Notes under the pieces: model-generated
The model's database searches: none
What the model was told of the DNA's origin: nothing
Seen by the model: only the letters and a program-made list of their open reading frames with translations
Shown here: positions 38,554-46,724 of the stretch, one piece after another
Numbering within the stretch: position 1 is the stretch's first letter
Layout of the letters: the number at the start of each line of letters is the position of its first letter
Assembly (NCBI GenBank): GCA_965215565.1
Contig: CBDCDZ010000004.1
Span: 3,552,001 to 3,616,000 of the forward strand
Source of the DNA: Trueperaceae bacterium
GTDB taxonomy: Bacteria; Deinococcota; Deinococci; Deinococcales; Trueperaceae
Length of the DNA stretch: 64,000 nucleotides
Reading direction: 5' to 3'
Translations under genes and position numbers: made by a program

Positions 38554-41068
38554 CAATGACGAGACCTCGAGCCCTCTCCTGCAACTTGTGAAGCAAAGTC
38601 AAAGCGTCTAAGGGCGATAAGCGGCTTAAATCCTGCTCTAAAAGTTCCTCGACAACCTCTTGAGAGGTGTTGCCTCGGCTGGACTCGAGCCCCGCCAACA
38701 CCGCGTGCGCCCGCTCCAAGACCTTGGCAGGAACCCCGGCGAGCTTCGCGACTTCCAAGCCGTACGCCTTACTCGCTGGACCCGGTAAAACTTGGTGATA
38801 AAAGGTGAGCGCCCCCGCCTCTTCTTTGGCGGCGACGTGCTGATTGCGTGCGGCGGGCAGTTTATTCGCGAGCCCGGTGAGTTCAAAATAGTGCGTTGCA
38901 AAAAGGATGTACGACTCGGTGCGCTCATGCAGATATTCCGACGCCGCCCACGCGAGCGCAAGACCATCGAAGGTGCTCGTCCCGCGTCCGATTTCGTCTA
39001 ACAGAATGAGACTTTTGGGCGTCGCATTCTGCAAAATACACGCGAGTTCGTCCATCTCCACCATGAAGGTGCTGCGCCCGCCCGCGATGTCATCGGACGC
39101 GCCGATGCGCGTGTAGATGCGCTCGAAGAGGGGGAGCACGGCGCGTTCCGCCGGGACGAAAGAGCCGATTTGAGCGAGTAGGACGATGAGGGCGTTCTGG
39201 CGAAGATAGGTGGATTTGCCGCTCATGTTGGGACCCGTCAAGATGACGAGGCGGGCTTGCGGTGAGAGGTCTAAGTCGTTGGCGATGAAGGGGTGAAACT
39301 GCTCGACGACGGGATGCCGCCCGCCTTCGATGTGAAAGCTCGAGTCCGAAAATTCAGGGCGGCAAAACTGACCCTGCGCCGCCGCCTCTGCGAGCGAGCT
39401 ATACACGTCGAGTTCGGCCAGCACTGCACCCAACTCTCGCACCGCTTCACTGTGTGGGAGGAGGCTGCTGCGCAGTTCGTCAAAAACCAAGTATTCGCGC
39501 CTTTTAGCGCTGTCCTCGGCGCGGAGAATCTCACGCTCTTTCTCGCGCAAGTCGCTCCGGGTGTAGCGCTGGCGGTCTTTTAAGGTTTGCACGGCGCGGT
39601 AGCTCTCGGGGACTTGCTCGACGTAGGGGCGCGTGACCTCGAGATAATATCCAAACACCCCGTTGAAGCCCACCTTGAGCGTCGGTATCTTCGTCCGCGC
39701 ACGCTCCTGCGCCTCTAACTCGGCAATCCACGCCCGCCCCGCTTCCGCTTGACCTCTCAGCGCGTCGAGTTCGCTGTCGAAACCACTTTGGATGAGTCCG
39801 CCTTCGGTGATTTTGAGGGGTGGATCGTCTACCAATGCCGCGTCAATTTGCGCTTGAACGTCGTTCAGTTCGCCCATGCGTTCTTTTAAGGCTTGTAGTG
39901 CCTCTTCAGAACGCCCCGAGAGGTGCTTGTGAAGTTCGGGAACGAGACTGAGACTTCTCGCCAAGGCGCAGAGGTCTCTGGCACTGGCGCGACTTGCGGC
40001 GAGCCTCGAGGCCAACCGCTCCAAATCGTGCATCTTGTAGAGGCTTTTGCGAATCTCACGGCGCAGCACAGCATCTTTGACCAGGGCTCCAACGGCGTCT
40101 AGGCGGTGCTCGAGCAATTCCTTATCCAAGAGCGGATGCCGTAACCATGCCCGCAAGAGCCGCCGCCCCGGAGCGGTGCGCGTCTTGTCCAAAATACTGA
40201 GTAGGGTGCGCTCCTCTTGCGCTTCGCTGAAGGTTCCAAAGACCTCCAACGTCGCGAGCGCCACCTCGCCGATCTGCATGTACGCGCTCGGGTCATAGCG
40301 CACAAACCGCGCGACTTGCGGTAAGCAGCCCTGCTGCGTCGTGAGCGCGTAGGAAAGTACCGCGCCCGCCGCCCGGATGAGGGCGTCGCTGTCCGTTCCT
40401 GTCGGCAGAGCGCTGAACTGCTCCTCTAACGACCGCTCCGCCTCCTCTAAGTCGAAACGCCCCCTCGTCACCATCACCGAGAAGCGTTCGCTAAAGGTCT
40501 CACGAAAGTCAACTTGCGCGTAGAGTTCAGGCGCGAGCAAAACCTCGGCGGGGCGGTAGCGCCTGAGTTCATCGAAAAGGCTGCTCTTCGCGTAGACCTG
40601 CGTACCGCGAAACTCGCCCGTCGTGATATCTAAAAGTGCCAAACCGTAGCCTTCGCCTGTGGCAACAGCGGCGAGATAATTCGCATCAGGACGCAGCAGC
40701 TTTTCGTCCGTCACCGTGCCCGGCGTGATGAGTTGCGTGATGTCGCGCTTGACGAGCCCGTCGGCGGTAGCAGGGTTCTCGACTTGGTCGGCGACGGCGA
40801 CGCAGATGCGCTGATTCAAGAGCCGCTCGATGTACGTGTCCGCGCTTCGCAGCGGGATTCCTGCCATCGGCGTGGTGAAATCTTTGCTCGTTTTATGCGT
40901 CAGGGTGATGCCGATGGCGCGGGCTAAGCGCTCCGCGTCTTCGCCGAACGTCTCGTAAAAGTCGCCGACTTGAAAGAGGACGAGATAATCCGGGTAGCGT
41001 TCGCGCAGTTCGACGTATTGCGTTAGGAGCGGGGGGAGCGGACCTTTGCCCTCACCTTTTAGGGTCAT
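38546..41068 (-). CDS. mutS: DNA mismatch repair protein MutS
   Basis: GDFYETF, PMAGIP, TGPNMSGKSTYLRQ, STFMVEM, DEIGRGT and FATHY. TATCAT lies 6 nt upstream of ATG 41068. Confidence 0.97.
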   Translation of the reverse strand: MTLKGEGKGPLPPLLTQYVELRERYPDYLVLFQVGDFYETFGEDAERLARAIGITLTHKTSKDFTTPMAGIPLRSADTYIERLLNQRICVAVADQVENPATADGLVKRDITQLITPGTVTDEKLLRPDANYLAAVATGEGYGLALLDITTGEFRGTQVYAKSSLFDELRRYRPAEVLLAPELYAQVDFRETFSERFSVMVTRGRFDLEEAERSLEEQFSALPTGTDSDALIRAAGAVLSYALTTQQGCLPQVARFVRYDPSAYMQIGEVALATLEVFGTFSEAQEERTLLSILDKTRTAPGRRLLRAWLRHPLLDKELLEHRLDAVGALVKDAVLRREIRKSLYKMHDLERLASRLAASRASARDLCALARSLSLVPELHKHLSGRSEEALQALKERMGELNDVQAQIDAALVDDPPLKITEGGLIQSGFDSELDALRGQAEAGRAWIAELEAQERARTKIPTLKVGFNGVFGYYLEVTRPYVEQVPESYRAVQTLKDRQRYTRSDLREKEREILRAEDSAKRREYLVFDELRSSLLPHSEAVRELGAVLAELDVYSSLAEAAAQGQFCRPEFSDSSFHIEGGRHPVVEQFHPFIANDLDLSPQARLVILTGPNMSGKSTYLRQNALIVLLAQIGSFVPAERAVLPLFERIYTRIGASDDIAGGRSTFMVEMDELACILQNATPKSLILLDEIGRGTSTFDGLALAWAASEYLHERTESYILFATHYFELTGLANKLPAARNQHVAAKEEAGALTFYHQVLPGPASKAYGLEVAKLAGVPAKVLERAHAVLAGLESSRGNTSQEVVEELLEQDLSRLSPLDALTLLHKLQERARGLVIDE

Positions 41069-41090
41069 AAAGTTATGATACCGCCTTTGG

Positions 41091-41265
41091 CTGAGAGGTT
41101 GGCGGGGCAAAGGGGCGCGTCCAGTCCAAGTGGGGCGCACTCACGGGCGACGAGGTTGAGCGCATGGAGGGGGACCGCGAGGAACTCACCGGCAAGGTGC
41201 AGGAGAAATACGGCTACTCCCGCGAGAAAGCAGAGCAAGAGGTAGACTTCGGGCGCGGCCTCTAG
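41091..41265 (+). pseudogene. CsbD/YjbJ-family stress protein remnant
   Basis: 41107-41265 reads AKGRVQSKWGALTGDEVERMEGDREELTGKVQEKYGYSREKAEQEVD. In-frame TGA at 41092 and no start codon for the N-terminal part. Hairpin terminator at 41288-41314. Confidence 0.7.
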
Positions 41266-41368
41266 AAGTTCAACCTCATGTGTAAATAGCTGCCCTTGTG
41301 GGGCAGCCTTTTTCGTGTCGAGTACGAATTTTTATCACATGAGTTTGACTCGGACTTTTGGCGGTTCT

Positions 41369-41598
41369 TATAGCAGGTTACTTCGTATAGCTTCGCTCAA
41401 TCATCTGGTCAGAGTGTACGAAGTTTTGCGAAGCAACACTCGCACTTTGTAAAACGATGTTTCCTGCGGAAAACTGCGTAACTAGCACGCACTTCAAGGG
41501 ATGAAATCCCGCAACGGCAGGGCGGCCTGCCCGTAACGCTAGTCCTTGCGGACAGAGATCTGCGCTCAACTGTCTCAATATGTTGTGGAACTGCTATT
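41369..41598 (-). mobile_element. MITE-like element with multiple micro-insertions (230 bp)
   Basis: TATAGCAGGT...ATCATCTGG...TAGCACGCAC...GGAACTGCTATT; shares inserts with 53531-53762. Confidence 0.8.
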
Positions 41599-41724
41599 AG
41601 GTAGCTCGAGCAAAGCAGCACGTCAGCCTTTCAGCGAGTCAGGAAAAAGGCTGACGTGCTGCTTTGCTCAGCGTATTTGCAACAGATTCAGAACGCAGCA
41701 ATCAGGGTATAATGAGCCTCAGAC

Positions 41725-42687
41725 ATGTTTAGGGCAACCTTCAAGCTCTTTAGCCAAGCGGTGCAGGTGTGGCAGGCGCACAACGCGCCGCGCTTAGGTG
41801 CGGCGCTAGCGTTTTACACGGTTCTTTCGCTCGCGCCGCTCCTCATCGTTGCGGTCAGCGTCGCGGGCGTGTTCTTCAGTCAGATGGACGTGCAAGAGCG
41901 CATTATCGACCAGGTGCAGCTTTTGGTGGGTGAAAGCAACGTTCAGGTCGCGTCGCTTTTGCGCACGCTTTTTAGAAACGCCTTTGACGCTTATAGCGCC
42001 AGCGACGCCATCCTCCCCTCGCTCATCGGACTTGGGGCGCTCCTCTTCGGCGCGTCCATCGTCTTTAACGAGCTTCGCGCCGCCATGAACACCATCTGGG
42101 AAGTCAAAGGGCCCGACGCCTTTCGGGAGGGGGTGGTGCACCTGGTTAAAAACCGCCTCATCGCGCTGGCGATGGTGGCGGGCATCGGCTTCTTGCTACT
42201 CGTGTCGCTTGTCCTCAGCACGGGCGCAACCGCGTTCAGCAGTTTTTTAAGCGATCAGCTCGGCATCGCCGCGCCCTTCGTGAGCGCCTTTGACATCTTC
42301 GTAAGCATCACCATCGTGTCGCTGCTCTTTTCGCTCCTGTATAAGTACCTCCCTTCGGCGCGGGTGTCCTGGTGGGACACGTGGCTGGGCGCGGTGATCA
42401 CAGCGATTCTTTTCTCGGCGGGCAAGTGGCTCATCGGCATCTACCTGAGCCGGAGCGTGGTGGCGTCCGCATATGGGGCGGCGGGCTCTCTAGTAATCTT
42501 TCTCTTGTGGGTCTACTTTTCGGCGCAAATCTTCTTTTTCGGGGCGGCGTTTTGCCGAGCGTATGCGGAGCGTTACGGCTCGAGGTCCTTCAAATACATG
42601 GACACGAAAGCCAGAGCGAGAGCGAGGGCGAAGCAGAAAGCCAGAGAGAAGAGGGCTAAAGAGATTGAGCCTCAGGCTAAAGCGTGA
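41725..42687 (+). CDS. YihY/virulence factor BrkB family membrane protein
   Basis: GAALAFYTVLSLAP, AMNTIW and YGAAGSLVIFLLWVYFSA. Confidence 0.92.
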   Translation: MFRATFKLFSQAVQVWQAHNAPRLGAALAFYTVLSLAPLLIVAVSVAGVFFSQMDVQERIIDQVQLLVGESNVQVASLLRTLFRNAFDAYSASDAILPSLIGLGALLFGASIVFNELRAAMNTIWEVKGPDAFREGVVHLVKNRLIALAMVAGIGFLLLVSLVLSTGATAFSSFLSDQLGIAAPFVSAFDIFVSITIVSLLFSLLYKYLPSARVSWWDTWLGAVITAILFSAGKWLIGIYLSRSVVASAYGAAGSLVIFLLWVYFSAQIFFFGAAFCRAYAERYGSRSFKYMDTKARARARAKQKAREKRAKEIEPQAKA

Positions 42688-42690
42688 GGT

Positions 42691-43002
42691 CTAAAGCGCG
42701 GTGTGCGCATTGAGCTTCGTCCAGCCCACTACGTCGTCAATCAGTTGATGGCTCGCTAGGTTGAGGGTGATAGTGGGCGGCTCGCGTTTCTCCTCCTCCA
42801 AATAGACCTCTGTAAGGTGCGCCTTGACGACGCGGCGGTAGGGCTCGAGCCCCAAGACCTCTTGTTCATTGACCTCTTGAGACGCCCACCGCGCCTCGAA
42901 ACCGCCGCGCTCACCGAGACCCATACCCTGCCTATCCAGGGTCACGACGACGATGCCGAGAGGTGCTTTGACGAGATGGACGAGGGGAGCGGTGCCAGCC
43001 AT
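42691..43002 (-). CDS. Hypothetical protein
   Basis: 103-aa ORF with native codon usage and a -10-like box just upstream. Confidence 0.55.
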   Translation of the reverse strand: MAGTAPLVHLVKAPLGIVVVTLDRQGMGLGERGGFEARWASQEVNEQEVLGLEPYRRVVKAHLTEVYLEEEKREPPTITLNLASHQLIDDVVGWTKLNAHTAL

Positions 43003-43044
43003 AGCGTTATTATCACCTATTCCTAGCAGTTGGTGGTTAGCTTC

Positions 43045-43159
43045 TATAGCGGTTATCAGAAGTATTGGGCTGAAATAGCGCAGGTATCATCCGACAATGT
43101 GCGTGCTAGTCGTTGTTCTATCACGTGAGGCTGGCTCAAACCAGATGATACCTGCTATA
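43045..43159 (+). mobile_element. MITE-like element, insertion-free 115-bp reference copy
   Basis: TATAGCGGTTATCA...TGATACCTGCTATA; 12/14 terminal inverted repeat including the flanking TA. Confidence 0.85.
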
Positions 43160-43290
43160 AAGGCTAACCGTTAAGGACTTTTATGGGGCGAACTTGCACC
43201 AGAGCGTCTGTGACCAGATGCTACTTGCAAGGTGCGCTACACTGAACGTTAGGACCGAGCGAAACCATCATCAAACCAATGGAGCGTGTT

Positions 43291-44298
43291 ATGGCAATTC
43301 AGGAACCCACACAAGAAACGCCGCAAGAGGGTCAGCAAATAAGCCAAAACCAAGAGAGAAATCTAGGGACAGGATTGCAACTCGGTTGGCTCAGAAACGT
43401 GCAGGTGAATAGAAGTGCGGTAGAGCGTCGCGCGTTTACTTTAGCAGGACGACGGAGTATCAAAAAGGAGTGGCAAGCCGCCTGGCTCCTCAAGGCGATA
43501 AGCTGCATTGACCTTACGACTTTAGCGGGCGATGACACGCCGGGCAAGGTCAAGCGGCTCTGCGCTAAGGCGCGGCAACCTGTGCGGCAAGACCTTTTGA
43601 ACGAACTCGGCGTCGCCGATTTGGGACTCACCACGGGCGCGGTCTGCGTCTATCACGCGGTGGTGCCGACGGCTGTAGAGGCGCTAAAGGGCTCCAACGT
43701 ACCTGTCGCCGCCGTCTCAACGGGTTTCCCGGCGGGGCTATCTCCTTTCGAGCAGCGCGCCTCTGAGATTCACGCCTCGGTGGAGGCAGGTGCGAGCGAA
43801 ATCGACATCGTCATCACCCGTGCGCACGTTTTAACTGGAGACTGGGAAGCTCTGTTCGAAGAGGTCTCCACCTTCCGCGAAGCCTGCGGCGACGCGCACA
43901 TGAAAGCGATTCTGGCAACCGGCGAACTCGGTACACTCAGAAACGTCTACAAAGCCTCGATGGTGGCAATGATGGCAGGCGCGGACTTCGTCAAGACCTC
44001 GACGGGCAAGGAGAGCGAGAACGCCACCTTGCCTGTGAGCCTCGTCATGGTGCGTTCTATCCGTGACTACTTGGAGCGCACAGGCTATAAAATTGGCTTC
44101 AAACCCGCAGGCGGCATCCGCACGGCGAAAGAGGCGCTCTTGTGGCTCACGCTGATGAAAGAGGAGTTGGGGCGCGACTGGCTGGAGCCCGAGCTATTTC
44201 GCTTTGGAGCCTCGAGCCTCTTAGGAGACATCGAGCGGCAGTTGGAGCACTTCGTGACTGGGCGCTACTCGGCGTCGTTTCGGCATCCTTTGTCATAG
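43291..44298 (+). CDS. deoC: Deoxyribose-phosphate aldolase (long form)
   Basis: IDLTTLAGDDT, GFPAG, EIDIVI, DFVKTSTGK, GFKPAGGIR and FRFGASSLL. Confidence 0.94.
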   Translation: MAIQEPTQETPQEGQQISQNQERNLGTGLQLGWLRNVQVNRSAVERRAFTLAGRRSIKKEWQAAWLLKAISCIDLTTLAGDDTPGKVKRLCAKARQPVRQDLLNELGVADLGLTTGAVCVYHAVVPTAVEALKGSNVPVAAVSTGFPAGLSPFEQRASEIHASVEAGASEIDIVITRAHVLTGDWEALFEEVSTFREACGDAHMKAILATGELGTLRNVYKASMVAMMAGADFVKTSTGKESENATLPVSLVMVRSIRDYLERTGYKIGFKPAGGIRTAKEALLWLTLMKEELGRDWLEPELFRFGASSLLGDIERQLEHFVTGRYSASFRHPLS

Positions 44299-44397
44299 TA
44301 GAAATGAGACGTGCGGCGAGCATCAAGCGTTGAGAGCCGCGTCCAGCCGTGACCCGAAATGTCCGTTCACGCTTAGCGCCAATGAGAGAGGTACAAA

Positions 44398-45711
44398 GTG
44401 GTTTATCCCCCCGGACCTAGAGGGCAGCCGCTCCTAGGGAGCGCCCCCGCTTTTATAGCAGATACGCTCGGTTTTCTGGAGAGCTTGCGCGAACACGGCG
44501 ACGTCGCCTTTTTCCGCTTCGCGTGGCACCGCGACTACCTGGTCAACGCCCCGTCGCTCATCCGCGAGGTGTTGATCAGTAAAGCCAATCACTTCAGCAA
44601 AACAGCGCTTTTCAAGCGCGCGTCGTCACAGCCGACGCTCTTTACCAGCGACGGTGAGTTCTGGCGCAGCCAGCGCAAACTGCTGCAGCCCGCCTTTCAC
44701 ACGGGGCGCATCGGCGCGTACGCCGATGTGATGCAAGGCTACACCCGCGACTATATCCAAACTTGGCAGCCGGGCGAGACACGCCGCGTCAACGACGACA
44801 TGAGCGAGTTGACGCTCCGCATCTTTTCAAAAGCCCTTTTCGACGCCGACATGGAGGGCGAGTCTTACGGCGCGGCGCGCGCGCTCAACACGCTCGCGGG
44901 TCAGTTCAATGCGTTTTTGGCGGGCGGCTTCCTCCCGAGGTGGGTACCCACGCCGAACAACCGCAGGGTGAAAGAGGCTGAGGCAACCTTACAGCGCATC
45001 CTCACCGCGATGGTCCAGGAGCGCCGCGCTTCGGGTGAGGACCGGGGCGACCTGCTCTCCATGATGATGTTCGCCACCTACGAAGACGGCACGAAGATGA
45101 GCGACGAAGGGCTCTACGCCGAGGTCAGTGCGCTGTTTTTTGCAGGGCAAGAGGCGAACGCGGGCATGATTGCCTGGGCACTGGTCCTGCTGTCTCGGTA
45201 CCCCGAGCTGGCGCAGAGACTCTACGACGAGGTGGACGAAGTGTTGGCGGGACGTCCGGTGTGCCTGGCTGACCTCGCTCAGCTCACCTACACGGACATG
45301 TGGATCAAGGAGACGCTGCGGCTCTATCCGCTCGCGTACGCTTTCTCGAGAGACGTCGTCAAAGAGGTTGAGCTGGGCGGCTACACGCTCCCCGTCGGCG
45401 CGTCCGTCCACATCTCCCCGTGGGCGCTCCACCGCAACCCGAATATTTGGTCTGATCCCGAAACCTTTGACCCGGAGCGCTTCACTCCCGAACGCGGAAC
45501 AGTGCACGGCAAATACGACTACCTTCCCTTCGGCGGCGGTCCGCGGGTCTGCATCGGCAACCACTTCGCGCTGATGGAGGCTAAGGTGGTTTTGGTGACG
45601 CTCGCGCAGCACGTCCGCTTAGACCTCGCCCCCGGTTACACCGTCACGCCCGAGCGCCAATTCACGGTCTACCCGAGCCACGGGCTGCCGATGGTGGTGA
45701 GGGCGCGGTGA
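44398..45711 (+). CDS. Cytochrome P450
   Basis: ETLR (ExxR), FDPERF and PFGGGPRVCIG heme motif. I-helix reads AGQEAN. Confidence 0.95.
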   Translation: MVYPPGPRGQPLLGSAPAFIADTLGFLESLREHGDVAFFRFAWHRDYLVNAPSLIREVLISKANHFSKTALFKRASSQPTLFTSDGEFWRSQRKLLQPAFHTGRIGAYADVMQGYTRDYIQTWQPGETRRVNDDMSELTLRIFSKALFDADMEGESYGAARALNTLAGQFNAFLAGGFLPRWVPTPNNRRVKEAEATLQRILTAMVQERRASGEDRGDLLSMMMFATYEDGTKMSDEGLYAEVSALFFAGQEANAGMIAWALVLLSRYPELAQRLYDEVDEVLAGRPVCLADLAQLTYTDMWIKETLRLYPLAYAFSRDVVKEVELGGYTLPVGASVHISPWALHRNPNIWSDPETFDPERFTPERGTVHGKYDYLPFGGGPRVCIGNHFALMEAKVVLVTLAQHVRLDLAPGYTVTPERQFTVYPSHGLPMVVRAR

Positions 45712-45742
45712 AGAAACTCGGGCTCGAGAATTGGGAAACGCC

Positions 45743-46183
45743 ATGACCGAACGCAACCTCGACATCACAGAGCTTTCCGAAGCCGACTTCGCCACCTCCT
45801 ATGAGGTCATGCGGGAGCTTAGACCTCACCTGACAAAAGAGGTTTACGCCGCGCGCGTCGGAGAGATGAAGGCTCGAGGCTACCGACTTCTCGCCCTAAA
45901 AGTTGACGGAGACATCGCCGCGCTCGCAGGCGTCACCTTCGACCTCAACCTCTACTGGGGGCGTCACCTCTTCGTCTACGATTTGATCACGGCGGAGGCG
46001 TACCGCTCACAAGGATACGGCAAGAGGATGTTGGGGTACATTCACACCTTGGCCCGGTCAGAAGATTGCGAAGCCGTCGCGCTTAGTTCTAGCTTTCCCC
46101 GCGAAGGGGCACACCGCTTCTATGAACGCGAGGGGTACAACCGGACGGGCTACGTGTTTTTGAAGAGGTTGGAAGATGTTTAG
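45743..46183 (+). CDS. GNAT acetyltransferase
   Basis: LRPHL, YDLIT...RSQGYG and AHRFYEREG. Confidence 0.88.
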   Translation: MTERNLDITELSEADFATSYEVMRELRPHLTKEVYAARVGEMKARGYRLLALKVDGDIAALAGVTFDLNLYWGRHLFVYDLITAEAYRSQGYGKRMLGYIHTLARSEDCEAVALSSSFPREGAHRFYEREGYNRTGYVFLKRLEDV

Positions 46184-46724
46184 CGCTCAAGTTGAGGAAG
46201 GGTTGGAGCTTCGTCTCTTGGAGCCCCGCCACACCGAGGCCTTATTCAATCTCGTTGACAGAAACCGTGACCATCTTGGCTACTGGTTTCCTTGGGTAGA
46301 GGACGCTACAATAGAAAATCCGCGTAAGTTTATCGCTTCTGGGATGGAGCAACTCGCGAAGGGCAACGGCTTTCAAACGGGTATTTGGACTGATAGTGAA
46401 CTCGCCGGTGTCATAGGACTCCATTACATCTCGTCACAATTCCGCAGTACTGAGATTGGCTACTGGTTAGGCGCTGAGCACGAGGGGCGTGGCCTTGTGA
46501 CCAAGGTATGCCGCTATCTCTGCACCTACCTCTTTGAAGAACTAGGGCTCAACCGTATCGAAATACGCTGCTCGGAGAAGAACTCGAGAAGCCGCGCCAT
46601 CCCCAAACGTTTGGGGTTTACTTTGGAGGGTACGCTGCGGCAGATGGGCTACACCAAAGATGGAATGACGGACTACCTCGTTTACGGTCTACTCAAGGAC
46701 GAATGGCAGAAAGGTCAACCATGA
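46176..46724 (+). CDS. RimJ/RimL (YdaF-like) N-acetyltransferase
   Basis: EIGYWLG, GRGLVT, NRIEIRC and RLGFTLEG. Confidence 0.9.
   Translation: MFSAQVEEGLELRLLEPRHTEALFNLVDRNRDHLGYWFPWVEDATIENPRKFIASGMEQLAKGNGFQTGIWTDSELAGVIGLHYISSQFRSTEIGYWLGAEHEGRGLVTKVCRYLCTYLFEELGLNRIEIRCSEKNSRSRAIPKRLGFTLEGTLRQMGYTKDGMTDYLVYGLLKDEWQKGQP

Noticed and set aside
41378..41621. Similar short ORFs here and at 53340-53684 (SVTGRPPCRCGISS) as a gene family
   Set aside because: The similarity comes from shared MITE and insert DNA; stops and frames are not conserved across copies.
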